Of a stretch of 64,000 nucleotides of DNA, positions 17,400 through 26,842 are shown piece by piece. Positions within the stretch are counted from its first letter, which is position 1. Each line of letters starts with the position of its first letter. Below the pieces are notes generated by a model. It was not told where the DNA came from. It ran no database searches and saw only the letters and a program-made list of their open reading frames with translations. This stretch comes from Parcubacteria group bacterium GW2011_GWC1_36_108. Its GTDB lineage: Bacteria; Patescibacteriota; Minisyncoccia; Moranbacterales; GWC2-37-73. The stretch is from contig LBRD01000003.1 of NCBI GenBank assembly GCA_000991245.1, positions 6,734-70,733 of the forward strand, in the 5' to 3' direction. The position numbers and the translations under genes are program-made.

Positions 17400-18926
17400 A
17401 TGAAAAAGACATTTCTTATCTTGTTTGCCATCATAATTCTGGGTGCTTTTTTGCGCTTTTATAAATTGGGAGAACTTTCTTTTGTGGCGGATGAATTTTT
17501 GGATATGAATTCTTCCTATGCTTATGCTCAAACTGGAACTTGGCAATCCTGGGATTTTAATCGTGGAGTTGTTAATGTGGAAAATGAATTTGCACCGCGC
17601 GATGAAAGAGCATGGCCATATAAGATTCAAGTTGCCAAACTGTTTGGTTTTTTTGCTCCGACTGAAGAGGTGGCAAGGAGTATTAGTGCGGTGTGGGGAA
17701 TCTTGAGTATTATCCTAATTTTTTTCGTGGCAAAATATTTTACTAGGAAAAATTCAATCGGACTTCTCAGTGCATTTTTGTTTGCAATAAGTGTCAGCGG
17801 AATCATTTTTGACAGACGTCTTCGAATGTATGCAATGTTCTTCCCATTTTTTCTGCTTTTCTCTTGGTTGACGTATAAATTTTTTGAGGAATCTTATGGA
17901 GGCAAGCTCAGGGTTTTTAAATATGTAAATGAAAAAATAGGTGTAAATTTGAAATATATCCTGCCAATGCTTCTGTCAGGATCGATGAGTCTGAAGATTC
18001 ATGATTTGACGGTCAGTATGGTTGCTATCTTTACTACATATGTCTTTATTATGACAACCAAGACTTTCTTGGAAAAAAAGACATTCATTTGGAATAAATA
18101 TTCTGTGACATTAAGCGTTGTCTTGGTCGCTGCTGCAGGAATTTTTACTTTTGCATCTGAAAAGATTGGAATGTATGCAGCTGGTATAAAATTTTTCAAC
18201 GACAATTTTAGTTATTTTTCAATAGTTACTTCGGACTATAGCCATCCATTGTTGGCACTTTTGTTTTTTGTTGCCGGTATTTATTATCTGGCGGTGCATA
18301 AAAAACTTTCCAAGGAGGGAATATGGCTGGCAGTTTCTTTTTTGGTTCCGCTTTTAATGGCAGTATTTTTGTGGAGGAGAAATGCGGGCGCCCAATATAT
18401 TTTCTTTGCTCAGTCTTTTGCTATTATCTTGATTGCATCTGGTGTTTACGGTGCAGCAAAATTTTTCAAAAATAATCTCGAGACTTTTTCTGCAAAAAAA
18501 GTATATTTCGTGACCATTGCCTTATCTCTGATGCTTTTGCCAAACTACGCATATTTTTTTCAGGAGAACAACGCTTACAGCCAGACTTCAGCAGCTGAAA
18601 ATCCGAATTATCGAAGCATCTTCACATATTTCAAGAAGAAAAAAATCGATGGCGATGTTCTGATAACAAGAAATTTTCGAAACTATTATTGGAGTGGACA
18701 AAATGTGAAAGTGATTGACTTTGGTGGGGAATTGGCTGAAGAAAAATTTTCATTAGCCCAACTTACAAATGTCGTGAATGAAAATAAGACAGGTTGGGTA
18801 ATTCTTTCCGACAATGATGACCGCTACATTTCAAATGAGGCTTCTGTTTATATGCAAGAAAATATGACCAAGATAAATGATATTGCAGTGCGAGGAAACG
18901 TGCTGGTTTACAGATGGGGGATGTAA
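17400..18926 (+). CDS. ArnT/PMT-like GT-C glycosyltransferase (family 39-like), fourth paralog
   Basis: Start set to MKKTFLILFAIIILGAFLRFYKLGELSFVADEFLD. ORF 17226 begins inside the nonamer array. Polytopic, 508 aa. Confidence 0.65.
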   Translation: MKKTFLILFAIIILGAFLRFYKLGELSFVADEFLDMNSSYAYAQTGTWQSWDFNRGVVNVENEFAPRDERAWPYKIQVAKLFGFFAPTEEVARSISAVWGILSIILIFFVAKYFTRKNSIGLLSAFLFAISVSGIIFDRRLRMYAMFFPFFLLFSWLTYKFFEESYGGKLRVFKYVNEKIGVNLKYILPMLLSGSMSLKIHDLTVSMVAIFTTYVFIMTTKTFLEKKTFIWNKYSVTLSVVLVAAAGIFTFASEKIGMYAAGIKFFNDNFSYFSIVTSDYSHPLLALLFFVAGIYYLAVHKKLSKEGIWLAVSFLVPLLMAVFLWRRNAGAQYIFFAQSFAIILIASGVYGAAKFFKNNLETFSAKKVYFVTIALSLMLLPNYAYFFQENNAYSQTSAAENPNYRSIFTYFKKKKIDGDVLITRNFRNYYWSGQNVKVIDFGGELAEEKFSLAQLTNVVNENKTGWVILSDNDDRYISNEASVYMQENMTKINDIAVRGNVLVYRWGM

Positions 18927-18975
18927 AACAAACAACAATCAACTTACAACAAACAACAAGAATTCATACTATTGG

Positions 18976-19005
18976 ATAACAAAAAAGACTCTTCACGAGT
19001 CTTTT
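18976..19005. terminator. Bidirectional rho-independent terminator between convergent genes
   Basis: aaaaaagactcttcacgagtcttttttt (perfect 8-bp stem, A-run/T-run on both sides). Confidence 0.6.
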
Positions 19006-19053
19006 TTTGGAATGCATTTTTTGCTATATGCTATATGCTATATGTTTTATGAT

Positions 19054-20583
19054 CTATGCGCTTGGTTCGTTACCAGAAAGTTCTTCTTGAATCTCAGTTT
19101 TCTTTTTCTTGGAGATGATGCTTTTTAAATATTCAAAATCTGTCAGCGTGATTTCTTTCAGCAAGATAAGGATAAAAATATAAAGGGAGAGCAGTGCGAC
19201 AGACCAGATTAGGAAGATGAAAGTTCCTTGAGAGAAAAATAGGGAAGCGAAATACATAATAATTCCTGCAAAAATCATTTTGAGCAAGCTTTTAATTTTA
19301 ATCAAAGTTCCGAAATCTTTTTGAATGTAATACAAGATTGCGAGCATTACCACAAAAGAAGTGATTGATGTTGCAATGGCGCTGCCAGCAAGAGCATATT
19401 TTTTGATCAAAATCACATTGAGGACGGTGTTGAGAATGACACCGAAGATTGAAATCCACATTGGAATTTTTGTTTTGCCGGCGCCGTTAGCCACAAAGCT
19501 CATCACATAAAAAATAGTGAGAAATCCCACACCATATGCCAAGATCGACATTGGATATGCTGCATCAAGATACTCAGCGGAATAAAAAAGTTTGATGATT
19601 GGAGCAGAAAATTGTGCCATCAAAATTACAGCTGGAATCAAGAAGATTAACATTAGTCGCAGGGAATGTTGAATGATCTGGTTGGTTTTGGCGCTGTCGT
19701 TTTCAGAAGTGCTTTTTGAAACCACTGGCAAAAGCATTATCGTGAGCGCATAAAAAATGTAATATGGGATGCGTCCAACAGTTAGAGCAGCGTTATAGAT
19801 TCCAGTTAGATGATCATTGTGCAAGATGCCTTTTACGAGGTACAAATCAATGCTGATAAGAAGCTCGTAGGCCAAAAAGAATAATATAACCTGCCAAGCG
19901 TAGTTAAGCAGTTTTTTGGTCTCAAATTCACTCTGTAGGCTCAAATTTTGCACCTTGGCGGCCTTTTTAATTTCTTTGGTATATTTGAGCTGATCAAGAG
20001 AAAAGGCAATTATAAAGACGCTTAATGCGGCTAGGGCATATCCCACAATCGATCCTGGCACTCCAAAAGCGTATGCAAGCCCTACGATTGCCACTACCTT
20101 CAAGATAGAGCGCAGGGTTTTGAGGATTGATTGGACATTGAACTTATGCAGGGCTGTATAGAAGGAAAAATAGAAAGAGGCCGCGGCAAAAGTAGGGATT
20201 ATGAGTGTTGAAATGCGAAATAGTGGCGTAAGCGTCTCATCTCCTAATGCTCTACTTATAAGTGGGGCACAAAAAAAGAAAATGACAGTGATTGATCCAA
20301 TAAGAAGAGATTGCAAAATAAGTGCTTTTCTTTTGATAACCAGCACTAGGCGCGGGTTGGTTTCAAAAATCTCGCTGATATATTTTGCCATCGCAGTCGG
20401 AATGCCATTGCCGATCAAAATAATGATCATTGTAGTCATTGTCACAACCAAACCATAGCGACCATAATCTGCCGGTCCCAAAATGCGCCCAACAAAAGAA
20501 TGGATGATATATCCGGAAAGATTGAAGATTATTTCACTGGCAATAAGCCACATTGTTGATTTTGCGAGATTTTTTGAGGTCAT
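19054..20583 (-). CDS. wzx: Oligosaccharide flippase (Wzx/MOP superfamily polysaccharide biosynthesis protein)
   Basis: 509 aa, 14 TM helices. N-terminus MWLIASEIIFNLSGYIIHSFVGRILGPADYGRYGLV is typical of Wzx/RfbX. Confidence 0.75.
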   Translation of the reverse strand: MTSKNLAKSTMWLIASEIIFNLSGYIIHSFVGRILGPADYGRYGLVVTMTTMIIILIGNGIPTAMAKYISEIFETNPRLVLVIKRKALILQSLLIGSITVIFFFCAPLISRALGDETLTPLFRISTLIIPTFAAASFYFSFYTALHKFNVQSILKTLRSILKVVAIVGLAYAFGVPGSIVGYALAALSVFIIAFSLDQLKYTKEIKKAAKVQNLSLQSEFETKKLLNYAWQVILFFLAYELLISIDLYLVKGILHNDHLTGIYNAALTVGRIPYYIFYALTIMLLPVVSKSTSENDSAKTNQIIQHSLRLMLIFLIPAVILMAQFSAPIIKLFYSAEYLDAAYPMSILAYGVGFLTIFYVMSFVANGAGKTKIPMWISIFGVILNTVLNVILIKKYALAGSAIATSITSFVVMLAILYYIQKDFGTLIKIKSLLKMIFAGIIMYFASLFFSQGTFIFLIWSVALLSLYIFILILLKEITLTDFEYLKSIISKKKKTEIQEELSGNEPSA

Positions 20584-20717
20584 CGAAGATGAAAAATTTT
20601 AAATGTCAAAATTAAAATTTCAAATAAATGACTAAATATTTAATTTATTAAAAAATATTTTTATCATTAAGGAATTTGAAATTTATTTGATATTTGTAAT
20701 TTTTAATTTGAAATTAT

Positions 20718-21305
20718 TTATGCTATCTGGGATTTTATAATGCTAAATATTTCTTCTTTATCTTTATTGCCGTCTACTATTTTTAAATTCCAGACAGTTG
20801 CTGCTTGGTCGAGAAGCGCTTTTTTCTTGTTTAAATATTCCAATCCTTGATCTGGCACGCGGTCACGTTGCATTATTTTTTCTGGAGAGGTGTTGAGATA
20901 AAAAGCAAAATCGGGAGTAGGAATTAGGTGGTAGGAATTAGGTGGTAGGGGGGAATTTTGAAGGTATAAAATATTAATAATGTTGTCGTAGAAATAGCGG
21001 TCGGAAAGAATGTAGTCGTAGCCGGAGTTACGTAGCTTGTTACGTAGCAAAACAAAACGCAGCAGGTCAATGTGCAGCGCAACTTTGCGCAGTTGGATTT
21101 GCAGCCAACCAGCCTTTGTTACACTTTTTGTTTCCTGTTGACCGTTGATTGTTGATTGTTGATTGTTAAGAACATTGGCGATTGAAAACTGGACAGCGTG
21201 AAAATAAAAAACTTTCTTGCCTTGTGATTCAAGATAATTTTTCAATAAATTTATTTGGGTCGATTTGCCGCTGCCGTCTAAACCTGAGATTGAAATTATT
21301 TTCAC
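20718..21305 (-). CDS. tmk: Thymidylate kinase-like (d)NMP kinase with low-complexity insertions
   Basis: P-loop SGLDGSGKSTQ, DRY motif LSDRYFYD. In-frame tandem duplications are visible in DNA (ggaattaggtggtag x2; gttgatt x4 encoding NNQQSTINGQQ). Confidence 0.6.
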   Translation of the reverse strand: MKIISISGLDGSGKSTQINLLKNYLESQGKKVFYFHAVQFSIANVLNNQQSTINGQQETKSVTKAGWLQIQLRKVALHIDLLRFVLLRNKLRNSGYDYILSDRYFYDNIINILYLQNSPLPPNSYHLIPTPDFAFYLNTSPEKIMQRDRVPDQGLEYLNKKKALLDQAATVWNLKIVDGNKDKEEIFSIIKSQIA

Positions 21306-21306
21306 A

Positions 21307-21390
21307 AAAGTTTATAAGGTTCATAAAGTTCTTAAGGTTCATAAAGTGTTTTTGTATTTACTTTATAAACTTTATAACTTTATAACTTTT
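21307..21390. repeat. YATAAAGTT nonamer array, copy 4, palindromic arrangement
   Basis: The left arm has ...ttcataaagt units. The right arm has actttataa units (reverse complement). Predicts a long imperfect hairpin between rtcB stop and tmk start. Confidence 0.6.
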
Positions 21391-21396
21391 TACTAT

Positions 21397-22896
21397 TTAG
21401 TACATTATTACTGCCACTGGTTGCATTTTGGCGACAATATGTGCGACGCCGTTGGCTTCAACTCCTTTGATCACTTCATCAATATTTTTATATTTGGCGC
21501 TGTCTTGGTTGATGACGATTGAGGACTGGGCATTGTAAAGTCTAACACCTTTTTCTTCCATTTTGGCAAAAAGTTCTTCCTTGTTGGAAATGCTTTTTTC
21601 GTTGTTGTTTTTTCCTTTGCCGGTTCCGTGTGGTGCAGAATAAAAACTTTGATCGTTTCTGTCAGTGCCGACACAGATGTATGCATCAGTGCTCATTGAA
21701 GAGGGGATAAATGCTGGTTCTCCTGTTTCTTTATAAATCGGATGGTGCGACATTTTTGCAGGACCAAAGGCGCGCGAAGTGTTGGAACGATGAATCATCA
21801 CATCTTTTCCGAAATGCTCCTCCTTGGTGATGGAAATGTGCGGCAGGTCATAAATTAAATCCATTTCAGGGTCGCGGCCGAGAATTTTTTTGATAGCCTG
21901 CGAAATGTTGTGCGTGATGACAGCTCGGTTGGCTGTTCCAAAATTGCTTGCAGCTGCTCGGGCGTTCATATACATTTCGCCATCTTCTCCGTTGGCATCA
22001 TATTTCAAAAGCGAATCATCTTTGGTCATATGCAGCTTTATTTTTTTCTGCATCTTTTTGTAAACATCTTTTTTGCGAGAACTGAATGTGAGGCGACCAA
22101 GCGCAACCATAAGAGCTTGCGAAAGATGTTCAGCTTTTTTGGCTGTGTGAGTATACATTGTGTATTGGCCAAGAATGCCACTTCCGGTGTGAATCATAAA
22201 AAGATATTGGCCCTTTTTAATTCCAAATTTTTCTGCCATCTCAGCATCAACAATGTCTCCAACTTTCATTAAGTCAAGAAAGTGATTGCCAGCAGCGCCA
22301 AGAACTCCCAATCGATATTTCGCAAAGTTTAAATATAGTTTCGGGATGACATCAAAAATATCTTGTCGGGTCATTTCTTTTTCAAAAAAACTTCCTCCAC
22401 TCTGGGTGTTTTCCAATTCATTTTTGGTGGTAATTCCAAGATGTTTGATGATGGCCTTTGTGCCTTGACGGCAGATGTCCACCACGACATTGAAGGGAAC
22501 TTTTGTGCCGACAAATTTCTTGGTGGGAACAACCGAAACTAATTCTTGAAATAGCTTATGAATTTCTTCCGGCGAAATGTTTTCATCGCTAAGATTTGTT
22601 TTGACAAGTCGCATTCCGCAATTAGGATCAGAGTCATTAACTTGCGGGAGAATATATTTTTCACTGGCGATTGTTGTGCCAGCAGCATTTTTTCTTCCTG
22701 GCTTGGAACAAACATCTGGCATAGCGACGGTGCTTCTAAAAAAAGTGTCTTTATTTGAAGCGATGTCTTCCACTTGAGAGAATGTTTCTTCTTCTGGCAA
22801 AAGATTTTGATTCATAAAAAAAAGTGCCGGCACAGACATTTTGTCGGTTTTAAATTCTTTTATGTTCTCAGAAAGTGATTTCGTTTCGTATTTCAT
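21397..22896 (-). CDS. rtcB: RtcB-family RNA 3'-phosphate ligase
   Basis: VAMPDVCSKPGRKNAAGT (PDxH-like metal site), GAAGNHFLDL (NHF), MIHTGSGILGQ, SAPHGTGK are RtcB motifs. 499 aa. Confidence 0.75.
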   Translation of the reverse strand: MKYETKSLSENIKEFKTDKMSVPALFFMNQNLLPEEETFSQVEDIASNKDTFFRSTVAMPDVCSKPGRKNAAGTTIASEKYILPQVNDSDPNCGMRLVKTNLSDENISPEEIHKLFQELVSVVPTKKFVGTKVPFNVVVDICRQGTKAIIKHLGITTKNELENTQSGGSFFEKEMTRQDIFDVIPKLYLNFAKYRLGVLGAAGNHFLDLMKVGDIVDAEMAEKFGIKKGQYLFMIHTGSGILGQYTMYTHTAKKAEHLSQALMVALGRLTFSSRKKDVYKKMQKKIKLHMTKDDSLLKYDANGEDGEMYMNARAAASNFGTANRAVITHNISQAIKKILGRDPEMDLIYDLPHISITKEEHFGKDVMIHRSNTSRAFGPAKMSHHPIYKETGEPAFIPSSMSTDAYICVGTDRNDQSFYSAPHGTGKGKNNNEKSISNKEELFAKMEEKGVRLYNAQSSIVINQDSAKYKNIDEVIKGVEANGVAHIVAKMQPVAVIMY

Positions 22897-23136
22897 AATT
22901 TTTTATTGTGTCAGGGTTGAGCTTCTTCAGAATTAAATTTTTTAAAAAATATTCTCGACGCTCCTTATTTTTTATCTGCACCCTCCGGGTATATATTATC
23001 CGGACAAAATCACAGATTTTGAAGGATGATTAAAATTTTCCCTCAATCAACACAATTATAGGAAAATTTTAGAAAAAATAAGGGCTTACTCAATCAAAAA
23101 ATATTTTTAAAAAAATTTATTCTTCAGTCGCTCCTC

Positions 23137-24249
23137 CTAGGATTTTAAAAGGTTGTTATAGACTTCTTGATATCTTTTGGCAACATCTTGAATGTCAAAA
23201 TTTTCCGCTACATAATTTCTTGCTACTGCACCTATTTTGGCACATTTTTCCTTATTTTCAAATAGATCAACAATTGCTGCATTAAGCTGGGACGAATCTT
23301 TAGGATTAATAACAATCGAATTTTCTTGAGAGGTAAATTCTTGCAGGATTGGAAGATTTGAGATTATTACGGGTTTGGCACAGGCCATTGCTTCAATGAC
23401 AGCAAGCGGCACGTCAAATTTTCCTTGCATATTTTGAACTGGAAAAATGACAATGTCAGAAAGGTTATATATTTTTGGCATATCAGAAAAAGTGTCTGTG
23501 AAGACAACTTTCTCCAAAATTCCTTTTTCCTTCAGTGTTGCGATAATTTCATCTTTTTTGCGTGCATCTTTTTCATTTTTTATGCGATTTGCAAAAACAA
23601 ATTTGGCGTTGGGAATTTTTGCAAAAAGCTCCGGCAGGGAAGAGACAATGTCATCAGTCGCGCCCAGGCGAGTGTATTCTCCTGGGTAGGAAATTACAAA
23701 ATCGGATTGCTTGATTTTGAAAATTTCCATTGCGGAGAAATCTTTTGGCTTGGGGAAAAATAATTCAATATCGATACCGGGATAAATTCGCACAACATTT
23801 TTAAAACCAATTTTTTCAAGTTTGTTTTTTGCATAGTCGGAATATGTGATAATCAGGTCAGCAAAAATAATTTTTTTGAAATCTTCATCGGAAAAAAGAT
23901 CTTCGCGCAAAGTGGCGATGGTTTGGATCGTCTTTGTTTGTTTGTTTGTTAAAAAAGTTTTGAAAGCCCAGGTGTTGAGTTTGTTGGGCGTGAGCATAAA
24001 GTGGGCGATGTCAAAATTTTTGATCATCGGTGCAATTTTTAGTAGTCGCAAACGCTCGCTCCAATCCAAGTGATTTTTTGAATAAATTGGAATTTGACTT
24101 ATTTTTTCCGGAAAGTCGCTGATAATTTTTGGAGTTAGCAAGCTAAAATCAAAACCGTCAACGCTTTTGGCGAGATAGTATGCGAAATTTTTGGATGCTT
24201 CATCCCACGGTGGAGCGATGGGGCGGGTAATTAGCAGAATTTTTTTCAT
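23137..24249 (-). CDS. GT4 (group 1) glycosyltransferase
   Basis: VIFPVQNMQGKFDVPLAVIEAMACAKPVIISNLPILQEF; GT-B fold C-terminal domain. Confidence 0.8.
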   Translation of the reverse strand: MKKILLITRPIAPPWDEASKNFAYYLAKSVDGFDFSLLTPKIISDFPEKISQIPIYSKNHLDWSERLRLLKIAPMIKNFDIAHFMLTPNKLNTWAFKTFLTNKQTKTIQTIATLREDLFSDEDFKKIIFADLIITYSDYAKNKLEKIGFKNVVRIYPGIDIELFFPKPKDFSAMEIFKIKQSDFVISYPGEYTRLGATDDIVSSLPELFAKIPNAKFVFANRIKNEKDARKKDEIIATLKEKGILEKVVFTDTFSDMPKIYNLSDIVIFPVQNMQGKFDVPLAVIEAMACAKPVIISNLPILQEFTSQENSIVINPKDSSQLNAAIVDLFENKEKCAKIGAVARNYVAENFDIQDVAKRYQEVYNNLLKS

Positions 24250-24259
24250 AAATAGTGTT

Positions 24260-24346
24260 TGTCATTCCGGACTTGATCCGGAATCCCGAGTTTTAGCTTA
24301 TAAGCCGTTCTGCTGCGAGAGATCCTGAAACAAGTTCAGGATGACA
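24260..24346. mobile_element. MITE-like element, TGTCATTCC family, copy 2
   Basis: tgtcattccggacttgatccggaatccc...ggatcctgaaacaagttcaggatgaca. The terminal hairpins are reverse complements of those in copies 4 and 5. Confidence 0.7.
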
Positions 24347-24356
24347 CAATATAAAA

Positions 24357-24710
24357 TTACAAACTCTTATATATTTCCTTAGTGTTTCCGTCACTTGTAA
24401 TAATCACGGTGATTTTTTTGTTTGTGATTCCATCAGAGGAAACGGGAATTGTTTTTTTTGCTCCGTTTGTAATCACGCTGTTGCCTTGGGTGACGCTGTC
24501 CTTGTCTGCCAAAATTTCCCAGTGAAAATTTGTACTGAGTGAATGATTTTCAATGGTAAAATTCAATGATTTGTCTTTAGGGTTTTCAAAATAAATCATC
24601 CACACATTTTTAGTGTTGATGTCTGCTTGTTTTCTTTCAACAAATGACAAAAAAACAAAACTTGTCAGGAGAAAAAAACTTGTTGCTAGGATGATGAGTT
24701 TATTGTTCAT
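24357..24710 (-). CDS. Small membrane-anchored/secreted hypothetical protein
   Basis: 117 aa, N-terminal TM helix LIILATSFFLLTSFVFLSFV. Flanked on both sides by MITE-like elements. Confidence 0.4.
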   Translation of the reverse strand: MNNKLIILATSFFLLTSFVFLSFVERKQADINTKNVWMIYFENPKDKSLNFTIENHSLSTNFHWEILADKDSVTQGNSVITNGAKKTIPVSSDGITNKKITVIITSDGNTKEIYKSL

Positions 24711-24724
24711 GTATGTGTAGTTGT

Positions 24725-24841
24725 TGTCATCCTGAGCGAAATTGAGACTGATAAGTCGAAATGTAGTCGAAGGATCTGAGCCCAGATTTCTCGACTGCGC
24801 TAATCTTCCCCATGGTTAGATTAGCTTCGCTCGAAATGACA
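24725..24841. mobile_element. MITE-like element, TGTCATCC variant, copy 3
   Basis: tgtcatcctgagcgaa...ttcgctcgaaatgaca (16-bp terminal inverted repeat). Confidence 0.65.
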
Positions 24842-24850
24842 TAGTGATGT

Positions 24851-26782
24851 TTAATTTGCTTTATAAAATATGCCAATGTCGTCGGCTGAGTAGACTTGCC
24901 AAAATTCTTTTAGACGAGAAAATTGCGAGCTGTCTATTTTTGGGTTTATCATAATGAAATCAGTGCCAGTGCCGTCGTAACATTGTTTGGCTTCTTTTGC
25001 GGTTGGGGTGGATATCATAAAATTGGTACACTGTTCACGTGGTTTTGTTTCATCTTCATATCGCTTGAAATATCCTCTTGAAAGGGGATAGCTGTAGCCG
25101 CGCATTGTGAAAAGTTTGATCCAAGAATCACCAGCGAGATAGTTGTGATCTTTGAGAATCATATCTTTGGCATCGCTGCGTTTGGTAATATATTCGGAAG
25201 CATTATACGTTTGCAAGGCTTTATTGGCGCTGCTAGCATCATTAAGAGCAAGGGCGTTGTCATAAAGTCCGCTTGTTGCAATGAATGATAAGAAAATAAA
25301 AAAAGTGGCCAATAGAAAAATCGGGTTGAGATAATTTTTTCCTTCTGATTTGAGTGCGGTTAAAATTTTTATCAGTGCATATGCTGCAATGATGGTTATT
25401 GGAAATACAATATAACTGGCGACGCGATTGGAAGGAATGTCCACAAAGAGCCAATTGGGACGAAGCGACATAATGGTCAGTGCGACAATCCATCCAATTA
25501 AAAAAGCTTGATTGTATTTTCCCAAACTGCGAGCAAAAAATAATATTACAATTCCGAGAAGTGCAAATGCAAAACGTGCTTCGCCAGCTGTTGACTTGAA
25601 TTGGTCAAATGTAAGTCCAGTGCGGGTGGCCTTGCTTGGCGCGCCAACTGCAGTGTCGATGGCTGTAGTGTTTAGATAGGTTGGGGTATATAAGAAGAAA
25701 ATAAAAATAATTCCTGCCGTAAGCACACCCAAAACCCAAGGAGAAATTATTAATTTCATCCATCCTTTTGCATCTTGTAAGAGTGTTTTGGGGTTGATTA
25801 TTGCATATGCAATGATTGTGAAAAAGAAAATAAATGCAAAAACAAAAGTGCTGAGATGATGCGTATATGCCAATCCAAAACTTAAAAATAGTGCGTAGGC
25901 AAGAATCTTTGATTTTTTTTCAATAAGCGCTTTCAAAAAAAGTAAGATAATCAAGGGTATTAAAAGGTTGCCAATATTATTTCCAATAACTCCACCGCTG
26001 GCGAATTTTGCTTGAGGCGAAGCAATTGCCCAAAGAGGACCAACGAGAAAAAGGGTCGCAGTAGCAATGGCGTTTTGGTGTTTTGAATTTTTAAACAGAG
26101 CTTGAGTGAGAACAAAAATAGCCAAAACAGACATAAGATGAATCAAAAATAGCGTGATGGCAGGGAATGCAGAAATGACACTGGCGCTTGAGATTATTGC
26201 AATGGCTGCAAATGGCAAGTGTTCGCCAATAATAAAATCAGCAATAGGCGACGGTTCTTCCAATGTGAAATCTTCTTGAATTTCAACCTTTTCATATTTT
26301 GGCAGTTCTCCAGTGACGGCAATAACTTTCGTCCAATACATATGATGTCCAAGATCAGTCGAGGTTGGGAAAATAGCATCTTTGAAATAAATTGTTTTGA
26401 TAAAGATTGTCAAAAGTAAAAGAGTGATGACCAAAATTGTGGAATGTTTTTTTATTCTTGATGATGAAATTGCTGGGGCTGGAATCGAAGGTTCGCTGTT
26501 GTTTTTTTTGTTAAAAATAAAATAAACGGTAAGGCAAATAACACTAAAAAGAACGATTCCACCCACGATGCTATTTCGAGTGATGCCAAGAGGGGATTTG
26601 CCAAGTATGATTACAAGAAAATCAATCAAGGCTATGCTGCTTCCAAATGACAAAACGAACAATTCCAACAGTGAAAATTCCTTGTGCATTCTTGTGCCCA
26701 GAATCAGAAAAAACCCAGGGACAAAAAGCACCAGGATTAGTGTTAAATAAAGTATTGTTTGTGAGAAGATGAAATCGAACAT
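24851..26782 (-). CDS. Large polytopic membrane protein of the glycan locus (possible GT-C glycosyltransferase/polymerase)
   Basis: 643 aa, ~14 TM helices, then a ~140-aa C-terminal soluble domain. No diagnostic motif. Call rests on context. Confidence 0.45.
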   Translation of the reverse strand: MFDFIFSQTILYLTLILVLFVPGFFLILGTRMHKEFSLLELFVLSFGSSIALIDFLVIILGKSPLGITRNSIVGGIVLFSVICLTVYFIFNKKNNSEPSIPAPAISSSRIKKHSTILVITLLLLTIFIKTIYFKDAIFPTSTDLGHHMYWTKVIAVTGELPKYEKVEIQEDFTLEEPSPIADFIIGEHLPFAAIAIISSASVISAFPAITLFLIHLMSVLAIFVLTQALFKNSKHQNAIATATLFLVGPLWAIASPQAKFASGGVIGNNIGNLLIPLIILLFLKALIEKKSKILAYALFLSFGLAYTHHLSTFVFAFIFFFTIIAYAIINPKTLLQDAKGWMKLIISPWVLGVLTAGIIFIFFLYTPTYLNTTAIDTAVGAPSKATRTGLTFDQFKSTAGEARFAFALLGIVILFFARSLGKYNQAFLIGWIVALTIMSLRPNWLFVDIPSNRVASYIVFPITIIAAYALIKILTALKSEGKNYLNPIFLLATFFIFLSFIATSGLYDNALALNDASSANKALQTYNASEYITKRSDAKDMILKDHNYLAGDSWIKLFTMRGYSYPLSRGYFKRYEDETKPREQCTNFMISTPTAKEAKQCYDGTGTDFIMINPKIDSSQFSRLKEFWQVYSADDIGIFYKAN

Positions 26783-26842
26783 TGTTGAAATAATTTTAAG
26801 TTTTAAGTTTTAAATTTAAAATTGAACCATCGTCCTCTGTGC

